In this document: piece after piece, positions 1 to 9,107 of the stretch | Numbering within the stretch: the stretch's first letter is position 1 | Layout: each line of letters starts with the position of its first letter | Assembly (NCBI GenBank): GCA_964593895.1 | Contig: CAZQKL010000002.1 | Location: forward strand, 1-48,290 | Direction of reading: 5' to 3' | From: an uncultured bacterium | GTDB taxonomy: Bacteria > DYJV01 > JALVYZ01 | DNA length: 48,290 bases | Made by a program: the position numbers and the translations under genes | The notes under the pieces: generated by a model | Seen by the model: only the letters and a program-made list of their open reading frames with translations | Databases searched by the model: none | What the model was told of the DNA's origin: nothing

Positions 1-37
1 CCCATTCAGGTGCGCTGCCAGGCTGCGCTACGCCCCG
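1..37 (-). tRNA. tRNA-Pro (anticodon apparently GGG), 5' portion only; the gene runs off the left edge of the window
   Basis: GC-rich island in AT-rich DNA. The reverse complement of 1-37 reads CGGGGCG-TA-GCGC-AGCCTGGCA-GCGC-A-CCTGA-AT-GGG, i.e. acceptor stem, U8, D-arm, anticodon stem and the start of the anticodon loop of a bacterial tRNA-Pro. It is truncated, so the cloverleaf cannot be completed. Confidence 0.6.
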
Positions 38-345
38 CAACCTTTTAAAATAAACAAAATTTTTTTTAGTTCAAAGATTAGTTCATATTTTGATATGCCT
101 TTTTTTGATGAATTTAAAAGTTCTTTTGCTTTTGCAATCTTTATCTTTTTTTCGTAAAGAAGATATTTAATTTTCAAAAATTTTTTTATTTCTTCCTGGG
201 TATATCTTCTATGAATAGATTTCCCGTCTCTTTTTAAAATATTGAATTCTTTCTCCCAATACCTTAAAACACTCTGCTTTACACCAATAATTCTGCTTGC
301 TTCACCAATAGAATAAAAATGTTTATTTAGCTCTATTGATTTCAT
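28..345 (-). CDS. MerR-family helix-turn-helix transcriptional regulator (small, 105 aa)
   Basis: N-terminal MerR HTH signature (YSIGEASRIIGVKQSVLRYWEKEF). It overlaps the ihfA-like stop by 23 nt. Its own stop lies inside the predicted tRNA-Pro. Confidence 0.75.
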   Translation of the reverse strand: MKSIELNKHFYSIGEASRIIGVKQSVLRYWEKEFNILKRDGKSIHRRYTQEEIKKFLKIKYLLYEKKIKIAKAKELLNSSKKGISKYELIFELKKILFILKGCGA

Positions 346-604
346 CTCTTAAAATTTTACTTGGCTTAAAACTTAAAACTTTTCTTGCTGGTAAAGTAAT
401 TGTCTCCCCTGTTTGAGGATTTCTTCCTTTTCTCTCTTTTTTATATTTTACAGTAAATGTGCCAAATGAGGAAATTTTAACTTTTTCACCATTTTCTAAT
501 GCTTTTTTAATAATTTCAAATACTTTGTCAACAAGTTCCTGACATTCCTTTTTTGTTAAACCAATTTTTTCATAAACTTTTTCAACTATATCAGCTTTTG
601 TCAT
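323..604 (-). CDS. ihfA: Integration host factor alpha / HU-family DNA-bending protein
   Basis: Full-length resemblance to IhfA, including the beta-arm motif RKGRNPQTGETITLPARKVLSFKP. It sits in the classic position immediately downstream of pheT. Confidence 0.75.
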   Translation of the reverse strand: MTKADIVEKVYEKIGLTKKECQELVDKVFEIIKKALENGEKVKISSFGTFTVKYKKERKGRNPQTGETITLPARKVLSFKPSKILRDEINRAK

Positions 605-618
605 TTAAAATTCCTCCT

Positions 619-2988
619 TTATTGATTTCTAATTTTTATTCCATATTTTTCATCAAGAACTTTCAATATTTTATCTATAATTTTGTTTACTCTTTCATCT
701 TTTAAAGTTTTACTTTTATCTTGAAAAATTATTTTAATTGCTATACTCTTTTTCCCTTCTGGAATATTTTTGCCTTTATAAACATCAAAAATAAAAATTT
801 TCTGAATAAGCTTTGCCTCAACATTCTTAATTTCTTTTAAAATCACTTCAGAATTTATATCTTCATCTACAAGTAAAGCAAGGTCTCTTTCAATGTATGG
901 AAATTTTGAAATTTCTGAAAATTCTGGAATAATTTTTATAAAATTATAAATTTTTTCAAGATTTAAATTAAATGCAATTACTTCAACATTTTCAATTTCA
1001 AATTTTTCTAAAATATCTGGATGAATTTCTCCAAGCCAACCAACAATTTCATTCTTAATTTTAATAACCGCAGATTTATTTTTAACTATAAAATTTAAAT
1101 TTTCTGGATATTCAAAAAAAACATTCTCAATCCGAAATTTTTTAAAAAAAGCTTCTAATATTCCCTTTACATCAAAAAAATCAACTTTTCTCTGTGGAAT
1201 ATTCCAAACTGGTTCAGAAATAAAACCACAAAAAACACCAGAAATTTCAGTTCTTTCATTATTTTCAGGTAAAAATATTTTCCCAATTTCAAAAAATTTT
1301 AAATTTAAATTTTTAAATTTTAAATTGTCAGAAACATTCTTTAATAAACCTGTTAATATATTTGTTCTTAAAACTTCCAACTCTTCTGTTAATGGATTTA
1401 AAAGTTTTATTGGTTCAATTTCAGGAGTAATTAATTTTAAAAGCTCACTACTTGTGAAACTATAATTTATTGCTTCATTTAAACCAGCATAAACAAAAAA
1501 TTCTTTTACATCTTCACAAAATTTTCTAAAAGAATAACCAGTATCAAGAGAAATAATGGTATGAGGCAATTTTTCAGGAACTTTGTCATATCCATATATT
1601 CTTAAAACTTCTTCAATTAAATCCTCTTCAATAGATACATCATGTCTCCATGATGGAATCTTATATCCATCTTCTTTTTCTTTAAATCCAAGATTATTAA
1701 GAATCTTTTTTGCTATATTAAAATCAATTTCACAACCAGAAATTTTGTTTAGCCTTTCTTTTCTTAAATTAACTATTTTAGGCTGAAATTTTAAAGGATA
1801 ACAATCAAAAATTCCTTTTACTATTTTACCACCTGCAAATTCTTGCATAAGATATACAGCTTTTCTTGATGCATACTCAATATTTTCAATATCAACTCCT
1901 CTCTCAAATCTGTAGGATGCATCAGTTGTAATATTCAATCTTTTTGAGGAAATTCTAATATTTTTAGGATTAAAATAAGCAACTTCTAAAAGCACATCCT
2001 TGGTTTTATCTGTAACTTCAGAATTTAATCCACCCATTATCCCGCCAATTGCAACACTTCTTTCACTATCACAAATCATTACAACATTTTCATTTAATTC
2101 ATGTTCTTTCCCATCAAGGGTAATAAATCTTTCTTTATATTTTGCTGTTTTTACTATTATTTTTTTACCTTTTATGAAATTATAATCAAAAGCATGCATA
2201 GGTTGGCCAAGTTCAATCATTAAATAATTTGTTATATCAACAATGTTATTTATAGGTCTTAAACCTACAGCAACTAATCTATTTCTCAACCATAATGGTG
2301 ATTTTTCTATTTTAACATCTTTCACCAATCTTGCAGTATATCTTGGACAAAGTTCTGGAGCTAAAATTTCAACTGAAATGTAATTATTAATATCATCATC
2401 AATTTCATTTAATTGAATTTCTGTAATATTAATCCTTTTATCATAGATTGCTGAAATTTCTCTTGCTATTCCTAATACACTTAAACAATCTCCTCTATTT
2501 GGAGTTATCTCAAACTCAATAATTGTATCATAAAGATTTAACTCATCTCCAATAGAATTTCCAATATTTAAATTATCTGGCAAAATCATTATTCCTGAAG
2601 ATTTCTGCTCTAATCCAAGTTCCTGCTCTGAACATAGCATTCCATATGAGGTAACTCCTCTAATTTTTGCTTTTTTTATCTTAAAATTATTGGGAAGTTC
2701 TGCTCCAATCTTTGCAAGAGCTACTTTATTACCTTTTTCCATATTTTTAGCACCGCAAACAATATCAAGAGTCTGCGTGCCATCAAATACCTTACATAAA
2801 GATAATTTATCAGAACCTTCAATAGGTTGAATATCAACTATTTGAGCAACAACCACATCTTTTAAAAATTCATTATGCTTTTCAACAGATGATACTTCAA
2901 GACCTGCTAAAGTTAATTTTTCAGCTATTTCAAATGGGTCTTTATCTATATCAACAAATTCTTTTAACCAATTAATTGTAACTCTCAT
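619..2988 (-). CDS. pheT: Phenylalanine--tRNA ligase beta subunit
   Basis: 789 aa. N-terminal MRVTINWLKEFV motif, tRNA-binding domain, B3/4 and B5 regions and a ferredoxin-fold C-terminus. Directly follows pheS. Confidence 0.95.
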   Translation of the reverse strand: MRVTINWLKEFVDIDKDPFEIAEKLTLAGLEVSSVEKHNEFLKDVVVAQIVDIQPIEGSDKLSLCKVFDGTQTLDIVCGAKNMEKGNKVALAKIGAELPNNFKIKKAKIRGVTSYGMLCSEQELGLEQKSSGIMILPDNLNIGNSIGDELNLYDTIIEFEITPNRGDCLSVLGIAREISAIYDKRINITEIQLNEIDDDINNYISVEILAPELCPRYTARLVKDVKIEKSPLWLRNRLVAVGLRPINNIVDITNYLMIELGQPMHAFDYNFIKGKKIIVKTAKYKERFITLDGKEHELNENVVMICDSERSVAIGGIMGGLNSEVTDKTKDVLLEVAYFNPKNIRISSKRLNITTDASYRFERGVDIENIEYASRKAVYLMQEFAGGKIVKGIFDCYPLKFQPKIVNLRKERLNKISGCEIDFNIAKKILNNLGFKEKEDGYKIPSWRHDVSIEEDLIEEVLRIYGYDKVPEKLPHTIISLDTGYSFRKFCEDVKEFFVYAGLNEAINYSFTSSELLKLITPEIEPIKLLNPLTEELEVLRTNILTGLLKNVSDNLKFKNLNLKFFEIGKIFLPENNERTEISGVFCGFISEPVWNIPQRKVDFFDVKGILEAFFKKFRIENVFFEYPENLNFIVKNKSAVIKIKNEIVGWLGEIHPDILEKFEIENVEVIAFNLNLEKIYNFIKIIPEFSEISKFPYIERDLALLVDEDINSEVILKEIKNVEAKLIQKIFIFDVYKGKNIPEGKKSIAIKIIFQDKSKTLKDERVNKIIDKILKVLDEKYGIKIRNQ

Positions 2989-4005
2989 TTAAAACTGCTC
3001 CAAAAATCTTAAATCATTACCAAAAAATAATCTTATATCATTAATTCCATATTTCAACATTGCTATTCTCTCAACACCTAAACCAAATGCAAATCCTGTA
3101 TATTTTTCTGTATCTATATTAACAGCCTTGAAAACAGCTGGATGAACCTGTCCGCAACCTAAAATTTCAAGCCAACCTGTATCTGAACAAATTCTACATC
3201 CTTTCCCTTTACAGAAAATACATTCAATATCTACTTCTGCACTTGGTTCAGTAAATGGGAAATAGCTTGGTCTAAATCTTATACCAATTCCTTTATAAAA
3301 AATACTTTCAAGGAAATATCTTAAAATTCCTTTTAATTCTGCAAAACTCACATCTTCATCCACAACAAGTCCTTCAACTTGATGAAACATAGGAGTATGA
3401 GTTACATCCATATCACATCTGTAAACTTTACCTGGAGCAATTATTTTTATTGGAGGAGTTTTTTTCTCCATTACTCTAATTTGCACAGGAGAAGTATGAG
3501 TTCTTAAAACAACATCTTCAGAAATGTAAAATGTGTCTTGCATATCCCTTGCAGGATGGTCTTTAGGAATGTTCAATGCTTCAAAATTGTAAAAATCAAG
3601 CTCAATCTCAGGTCCTTCAGCAATTTCAAATCCAGCACATTTAAAAATTTCTTCTATTTCATATAAAATTTTTGTGATTGGATGAAAATGTCCAATATTA
3701 AAGGGTCTACCTGGGAGTGTAATATCAATTTTTTCTAATTTAAGTTTTAATTCTTTCTCTTTTTCCTTTAAATTTTCAAATGCTTCTTTAAAAAGATTTT
3801 CAAGCTCATTTTTAGCTTCATTTAAAATTTTTCCAATCTCTGCCCTCTTTTCCTTTGGAAACTCTGAAATTCTTTTTAATAATTGAGTAAGTTCTCCCTT
3901 TTTTCCAAGATATTTTGCTTTAACCTGATTAAATAAACTTAATTTTTCAAGTTTTTTTATATCTTCCTTTGCTCTTTCAATTAATTTTTTTATCTCTTTT
4001 TCCAT
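2989..4005 (-). CDS. pheS: Phenylalanine--tRNA ligase alpha subunit
   Basis: 338 aa. Coiled-coil N-terminus plus class II aaRS core (HPARDMQDTFY, LRTHTSPVQ, GLGVERIAML). Confidence 0.95.
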   Translation of the reverse strand: MEKEIKKLIERAKEDIKKLEKLSLFNQVKAKYLGKKGELTQLLKRISEFPKEKRAEIGKILNEAKNELENLFKEAFENLKEKEKELKLKLEKIDITLPGRPFNIGHFHPITKILYEIEEIFKCAGFEIAEGPEIELDFYNFEALNIPKDHPARDMQDTFYISEDVVLRTHTSPVQIRVMEKKTPPIKIIAPGKVYRCDMDVTHTPMFHQVEGLVVDEDVSFAELKGILRYFLESIFYKGIGIRFRPSYFPFTEPSAEVDIECIFCKGKGCRICSDTGWLEILGCGQVHPAVFKAVNIDTEKYTGFAFGLGVERIAMLKYGINDIRLFFGNDLRFLEQF

Positions 4006-4006
4006 T

Positions 4007-4351
4007 TTACTTTACACTTGATACAAGTTTTTCAAATCCTTCAGGGTCATTAACAGCCATATCTGCAAGAACTTTTCTGTTTAAATTAATATTCTTTTCT
4101 TTTAAAAGGTGAATAAATTTACTGTAACTTAATCCATATTTTCTAACAGCAGCATTTATCCTAATTATCCATAATCTTCTAAAATCTCTTTTTCTAACTT
4201 TTCTATCTCTGTAAGCATAGCTTAAAGCTTTCCATACAGCATTTATTGCGCTTCTGTATAATTTCCCTTTTGCTCCTCTAAATCCTTTTGCAAGTTTTAA
4301 AATCTTTTTCCTTCTTCTTCTTGCTGTAACTCCTCTTTTTACCCTTGGCAT
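4007..4351 (-). CDS. rplT: 50S ribosomal protein L20
   Basis: [26 protein letters not shown] is the canonical L20 N-terminus. AGGAG Shine-Dalgarno upstream. Confidence 0.97.
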   Translation of the reverse strand: MPRVKRGVTARRRRKKILKLAKGFRGAKGKLYRSAINAVWKALSYAYRDRKVRKRDFRRLWIIRINAAVRKYGLSYSKFIHLLKEKNINLNRKVLADMAVNDPEGFEKLVSSVK

Positions 4352-4420
4352 TTTTTACTCCTTTAATTAATTTTGGAGACACTGCTATTAAAGAAATTTT
4401 AATTTAGTGTCAAGAAAAAT

Positions 4421-4618
4421 TTATGCATAAGGTAATAATCTTTTCAATGCCTTTACATTTGTTGTATCAACAACTGGATGAGCTTTTAATCTTCTTTTTC
4501 TCTTTGCAGTTTTCTTTGATAAAAGGTGTCTTCTATAAGCTTTATTTCTAATAAATTTTCCAGAACCGCTAATTTTAAATCTTTTTTTCGCAGTAGAACG
4601 AGTTTTTATCTTTGGCAT
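4421..4618 (-). CDS. rpmI: 50S ribosomal protein L35
   Basis: MPKIKTRSTAKKRFKISGSGKF is the canonical L35 N-terminus. GGAGG Shine-Dalgarno upstream. Confidence 0.97.
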   Translation of the reverse strand: MPKIKTRSTAKKRFKISGSGKFIRNKAYRRHLLSKKTAKRKRRLKAHPVVDTTNVKALKRLLPYA

Positions 4619-4638
4619 TTCATTTCCTCCAATTATTT

Positions 4639-5178
4639 TTAAGATTTTGGACCAAATATAGCATGAACTACTCTACCTTCTAATTTTGGAACATTTTCCA
4701 AAGCTCCATAATCCTTTAATGCTTCCTTTAATTTTTCAATCATATTATAAGCAAGTTGAGGATTTTGTATCTCCCTTCCTCTTAAAAAAATATTTACCCT
4801 TACTTTATTACCTTTTTGTAAAAATTTTATCATATTTTTTACTTTAAAGTTAAAATCATGCTCCTCTGTAGTTGGTCTCAATTTCATTTCTTTTACTTCA
4901 ATCTGTTTCTGTTTCTTTTTTGCCTCTTGAGCTTTTTTATTCTGTAAATATTTGTATTTTCCATAATCCATTATCTTACAAACAGGAGGATTAGCATTTG
5001 GAGCAACAAGAACAAGGTCAAGTCCTCTATCTTTTGCTATTCTCAAAGCCTCATCTCTTGAAAGAATCCCTAATTGTTCTCCTGTCTCTAAAACCACTCT
5101 TACTTCCTTTGCTTTAATATTTTCATTAATTGGTTCAATTTCTCTTTTAAATTTTCCTGGCCTGTGAAATCTTCCTAT
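4639..5178 (-). CDS. infC: Translation initiation factor IF-3, extended to a non-canonical ATA (AUA) start
   Basis: The ORF track begins at an internal GTG (5097). The frame stays open to 5199 and encodes the conserved IF3 N-terminal segment (IGRFHRPGKFKREIEPINENIKAKEVRVV). ATA at 5176-5178 lies 7 nt after a perfect AGGAGG (5187-5192). No ATG/GTG/TTG is available upstream. Confidence 0.8.
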   Translation of the reverse strand: MGRFHRPGKFKREIEPINENIKAKEVRVVLETGEQLGILSRDEALRIAKDRGLDLVLVAPNANPPVCKIMDYGKYKYLQNKKAQEAKKKQKQIEVKEMKLRPTTEEHDFNFKVKNMIKFLQKGNKVRVNIFLRGREIQNPQLAYNMIEKLKEALKDYGALENVPKLEGRVVHAIFGPKS

Positions 5179-5179
5179 T

Positions 5180-7102
5180 TTACCACCTCCTGAAATTTTT
5201 TATATCATCTTTTATTAAATCTAAAAACCTCTCTATTGTTAAATTTCCTAAATTCTCTCTTGTTCTTTTTCTAACAGAAATAGTGTTATCTTTCACCTCT
5301 TTTTCGCCAACAATTATCATATACGGAATTTTCTGATTTTGTGCTTCCCTAATTTTATAATTTAAAGTTTCATTTCTGAAATCAGTCTCAACTCTTATAT
5401 CATTTTCAAATAAAATTTCATATACTTTTTTTGCATATTGAGAAAATTTTTCTGAAACAGGTAAAATAATTGCCTGAACTGGAGCAATCCAAACTGGAAA
5501 CTTCCCTTCATAATGTTCTATTAAAATCCCTATGAATCTTTCAAGAGAACCTAAAATAACTCTATGTAGCATAACTGGTCTATGTTTTTCTCCATCCTCT
5601 CCAATGTAGGTTAAATCAAATCTTTCAGGTAAAGTAAAATCACACTGAATTGTTGCACATTGCCATTCTCTTCCAATTGCATCAGTTAATTTAACATCTA
5701 TTTTTGGTCCGTAAAAAGCTCCATCTCCCTCATTTATCTTATATGGCAAATTATTAACTTCAAGTGCTTTAAACAAAGCATTTGTTGCTCTTTCCCAATC
5801 TTCATCAGTTCCAATAGATTTTTCCGGACGAGTGCTTACTTCCATTCTGTATTCAAAACCAAAAATTCCCATCATATATTTTATAAAATCAATTATATTT
5901 GTGATTTCATCAATTAATTGGTCAGGTCTGCATAATATATGAGCATCATCCTGAGTAAATCCTCTCACCCTTAAAAGTCCATGAAGCACACCTGATTTTT
6001 CATGCCTATAAACAGTTCCAAGTTCAAAATACCTAATTGGTAAATCTCTATAACTTCTCAATTTTGATTTGTAAATTAGCATATGAGCAAGACAATTCAT
6101 AGGCTTTATTCCATATTCCTGGTCATCAATTTTTGTGAAATACATATTTTCACGATAGTTCTCATAGTGACCAGACTTTTTCCATAAATCTAATTTTAAA
6201 ATTTGAGGTCCAATAACTATTTTATAACCTCTTTTTAAATGTTCTTTTTTCTCAAAATCTTCTAAAACCATTCTTAACATAGCACCTTTTGGATGCCATA
6301 TAACAAATCCTGCTCCTGCCTCCTCATTTATACTAAAAAGATCTAACTCTTTTCCAAGTCTTCTATGGTCTCTTTTTTTTGCTTCTTCTAAAAATTTTAA
6401 ATATCTATCTAAATCTTCTTTTCTAAAAAAACTAGTTCCATAAATTCTCTGTAACATTTTATTTTTTTCATCGCCACGCCAGTAGGCACCTGCGACATTT
6501 AATAATTTAAATGCTTTTATTTTACCAGTTGAAGGAACATGAGGACCTCTGCATAGGTCAGTAAAATTACCCTGTGTATATATTGTAATTTCCTCATCCT
6601 CAGGAAGTTCATTAATTATTTCAACTTTATAATCCTCATTTTGCTTTTTAAAAAATTCTATTGCCTCATTCCTTGAAATTTTCTTTTTTATAAATCTATT
6701 ATTCTGTCTAATAAGATGAGCCATCTTTTTTTCAATCTTTTTTAAATCTTCAGGAGTAAATGGTCTTTCATAATCAAAATCATAGTAAAAACCATTTTCA
6801 ATTGCAGGACCTATTGTTACTTTTGCTTCTGGGAATAATTCTTTTACAGCTTCTGCCATAACATGAGCGGTGCTGTGTCTTAAAATTTCAAGAGCTTCCT
6901 CATCATCCTCAGTTATAAATTCAACTTTACAGTCATTTTCAATAGGGTCTGATAAATCTGTTAATTTGCCATTAATTTTTACTGCAATTGCTTTTTTATA
7001 TAAATTTTTACTTAATCTATTAGCTAATTCTAATGCAGAAGTTCCCTTCTCAACTTCAACAACACTCTCATCTGGTAAAGTAACCTTCACTTTTTCAACC
7101 AT
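5180..7102 (-). CDS. thrS: Threonine--tRNA ligase
   Basis: 640 aa. TGS domain, editing domain (HSTAHVMA), class II core ([13 protein letters not shown]-like, FYGPKID) and an anticodon-binding C-terminus. AGGAG Shine-Dalgarno 7 nt upstream. Confidence 0.96.
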   Translation of the reverse strand: MVEKVKVTLPDESVVEVEKGTSALELANRLSKNLYKKAIAVKINGKLTDLSDPIENDCKVEFITEDDEEALEILRHSTAHVMAEAVKELFPEAKVTIGPAIENGFYYDFDYERPFTPEDLKKIEKKMAHLIRQNNRFIKKKISRNEAIEFFKKQNEDYKVEIINELPEDEEITIYTQGNFTDLCRGPHVPSTGKIKAFKLLNVAGAYWRGDEKNKMLQRIYGTSFFRKEDLDRYLKFLEEAKKRDHRRLGKELDLFSINEEAGAGFVIWHPKGAMLRMVLEDFEKKEHLKRGYKIVIGPQILKLDLWKKSGHYENYRENMYFTKIDDQEYGIKPMNCLAHMLIYKSKLRSYRDLPIRYFELGTVYRHEKSGVLHGLLRVRGFTQDDAHILCRPDQLIDEITNIIDFIKYMMGIFGFEYRMEVSTRPEKSIGTDEDWERATNALFKALEVNNLPYKINEGDGAFYGPKIDVKLTDAIGREWQCATIQCDFTLPERFDLTYIGEDGEKHRPVMLHRVILGSLERFIGILIEHYEGKFPVWIAPVQAIILPVSEKFSQYAKKVYEILFENDIRVETDFRNETLNYKIREAQNQKIPYMIIVGEKEVKDNTISVRKRTRENLGNLTIERFLDLIKDDIKNFRRW

Positions 7103-7123
7103 CTAATTTCTCCTGTAATAGAT

Positions 7124-7195
7124 TAGGCGCAGGCGGGATTGAACCGCCGACCTCTGCCGCGTCAAGGCAGCGCTCTCCCACTGAGCTATGCGCCT
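7124..7195 (-). tRNA. tRNA-Val (anticodon GAC)
   Basis: Minus-strand cloverleaf folded by hand: AGGCGCA-TA-GCTC-AGTGGGA-GAGC-G-CTGCC-TTGACGC-GGCAG-AGGTC-GGCGG-TTCAATC-CCGCC-TGCGCCT-A. All stems pair. No CCA is encoded. Confidence 0.9.
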
Positions 7196-7201
7196 TTAAA
7201 T

Positions 7202-7981
7202 TTAGCCTGAACTATTAAAAAAATCCTTATTTGTCAAGAATTTATTTAATTCATTAATAAATTCATAATCTGTTAAATCCATTTTTAAAGGTGTGATAGA
7301 AACATATCCATTTTCCACAGCATAAATATCAGTATCCTCATCTTTGCATAAAACAACTGGAGTTCCTGCAATCCAGAAATATTTTTCTCCTCTTGGGTCT
7401 ATATTTTCAACAATCACATCTTTATAAGTTCTTTTTCCCTGACGCGTTATCTTTATTCCTTTTATTTTTTCAATTGGTAAATCTGGAACATTAATATTTA
7501 AAAAAGTATCTTTTTTAAATTTCAAGCCATTTTCAATAATTTTATTTAACACAAAAACTGCTGTTTCATAATGAACATAAACTGGCCTTTTTTTGAAATT
7601 AACATCAAGAGATATTGCAATAGAAGGAATTCCCATTAGGCATCCTTCCATTGCTCCAGCAACAGTTCCTGAATATGTAATATCATCCCCAAGATTTGCA
7701 CCATAATTTATCCCTGAAATAAGTAAGTCAAATTGAATTTTTTCAAAAATTTTATTTATAGCAAGCATTATACAGTCTGTTGGAGTTCCATCAACTGCAT
7801 AATAATTCTTTCCATATTCATAAACTCTTAAAGGCATATTCATTGTTAAAGAATGACTTGAACCTGATTGCTCCTTTAATGGAGCGACAATAAAAACAGA
7901 ATGAACCTTTTCTAACGACTTTTTAAGCGCTATTAACCCATCTGCATTTATTCCATCATCGTTTGTTATAAGAATATTCAT
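7202..7981 (-). CDS. surE: 5'/3'-nucleotidase SurE
   Basis: MNILITNDDGI N-terminus and full-length SurE-like pattern (GINYGANLGDDITYSGTVAGAMEG). Confidence 0.93.
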   Translation of the reverse strand: MNILITNDDGINADGLIALKKSLEKVHSVFIVAPLKEQSGSSHSLTMNMPLRVYEYGKNYYAVDGTPTDCIMLAINKIFEKIQFDLLISGINYGANLGDDITYSGTVAGAMEGCLMGIPSIAISLDVNFKKRPVYVHYETAVFVLNKIIENGLKFKKDTFLNINVPDLPIEKIKGIKITRQGKRTYKDVIVENIDPRGEKYFWIAGTPVVLCKDEDTDIYAVENGYVSITPLKMDLTDYEFINELNKFLTNKDFFNSSG

Positions 7982-8718
7982 GACTTTATTTTCTTTAATA
8001 GCTCATCCATTACTTTTGTGGCAGGTCCTTGAAGAAATATTGTATTTAAAGATGAAGTTAAGGGCGTTGGCTCTAAATTTACTTCAATTATTGGTATTCC
8101 TTGTCTAAATGCAAGGTTTGGCAAAAATGCTGCAGGATAAACTTGAGCAGAAGTTCCAATTACCATAAATACATCACAATTTTCAGAAGCTTCATTTGAT
8201 TTTCTCATTATGTCTGGGTCAATAGGCTCACCAAAAAAAACAACATCAGGTTTATATGGGAAGTTACACCTATCACAATGAGGGATTTCATCTAATTTGT
8301 AATTTTCAATTTTATCAGTTTTTCCACATTTAATACATACAAGTCTATCCCATACTCCATGGTATTCATAAACTGTTGAACTACCAGCAAGAGTATGAAG
8401 TTTGTCTATATTTTGTGTTATAATTACAACTTCTTTCCCTAAATCTTCTAATTCTTTTAAAGCTAAATGTGCTCTATTTGGCTTTTTGCCCTGTAAAATT
8501 GAATGCATTTCAAGAAGCATCTTCCATACTTTATATGGGTCCTTTCTAAAAGAATCTATATGAGCATATTCAAAAGGGTCATATTTTGACCATAACCCAT
8601 TAGCACTTCTAAAATCTGGTATCCCACTTTCAACAGAAATTCCTGCGCCAGTCAAAACTGTAACCTTTTTTGCATCTTTCAATACTTTTACCGCTTCATC
8701 TATCTTTTCCATTTTCAT
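7978..8718 (-). CDS. cobB: NAD-dependent protein deacylase, Sir2 family (CobB type)
   Basis: GAGISVESGIPDFRS, TQNIDKLH, catalytic HG, a CxxC...CxxC zinc module and GTS. GAGGG Shine-Dalgarno 5 nt before ATG 8718. Confidence 0.88.
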   Translation of the reverse strand: MKMEKIDEAVKVLKDAKKVTVLTGAGISVESGIPDFRSANGLWSKYDPFEYAHIDSFRKDPYKVWKMLLEMHSILQGKKPNRAHLALKELEDLGKEVVIITQNIDKLHTLAGSSTVYEYHGVWDRLVCIKCGKTDKIENYKLDEIPHCDRCNFPYKPDVVFFGEPIDPDIMRKSNEASENCDVFMVIGTSAQVYPAAFLPNLAFRQGIPIIEVNLEPTPLTSSLNTIFLQGPATKVMDELLKKIKS

Positions 8719-9031
8719 CTTTTCCCTCTTCTAATAATAATTCATTTGAAATTTTTTCTGTTTCTTCTTCCAATCCTTCAATATTTGAAAATTTAATTTC
8801 ATCAATCATATTATCAAGTTCCTCTATTTCAATCTCAATATCTTTTAATTTCTGAATAATGTCTTTTACTTCATCATCTTCTATGAAATTTTTATCAATA
8901 TCGTAAAATTCATAGACTAAAAAACCAAGTTCAGAAAATAATTTTTCTTTTCGTTTGTAAAGTTTATGTTTTTTAAGATTAATTTTTACAATTTTGAAAA
9001 AATTATAAATTTTTCTTAAAAACTCTTCCAT
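8696..9031 (-). CDS. Hypothetical small protein, basic N-terminus and acidic coiled-coil C-terminus (111 aa)
   Basis: Intact ORF at the very start of the minus-strand block. No recognisable family and no Shine-Dalgarno. Promoter-like elements sit immediately upstream. Overlaps cobB by 23 nt. Confidence 0.45.
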   Translation of the reverse strand: MEEFLRKIYNFFKIVKINLKKHKLYKRKEKLFSELGFLVYEFYDIDKNFIEDDEVKDIIQKLKDIEIEIEELDNMIDEIKFSNIEGLEEETEKISNELLLEEGKDENGKDR

Positions 9032-9039
9032 TAAGAAAA

Positions 9040-9107
9040 TTAATAATAATAACTTAAATTTTTGTCAATAAATTTTAATTGACAAAGATTTAAAATTAGT
9101 TTAATAA
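9040..9107. promoter_or_regulatory. Divergent promoter pair with back-to-back -35 hexamers
   Basis: Plus strand: TTGACA (9079-9084), 17 nt, TAATAA (9102-9107), then a leader with AAGGAGGGG before ATG 9146. Minus strand: TTGACA (9063-9068), 17 nt, TATTAA (9040-9045), 8 nt before ATG 9031. The two -35 boxes form the 9-bp inverted repeat TTTGTCAAT/ATTGACAAA (9061-9086). Confidence 0.55.

Noticed and set aside
7103-7123. ThrRS operator or T-box-type leader upstream of thrS.
   Set aside because: Only 21 nt separate tRNA-Val from the thrS ATG, and they are occupied by the Shine-Dalgarno. There is no room for an anticodon-arm mimic or a T-box.
7978-8718. Sir2-domain gene as a possible anti-phage effector (Thoeris/DSR/SIR2-HerA-like).
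   Set aside because: It is a short (246 aa), canonical CobB-type deacylase with the full GAGxS/TQNID/HG motifs and a four-cysteine zinc module. It has no fused sensor domain and no HerA, TIR or pAgo partner, and it sits in a housekeeping operon with surE.
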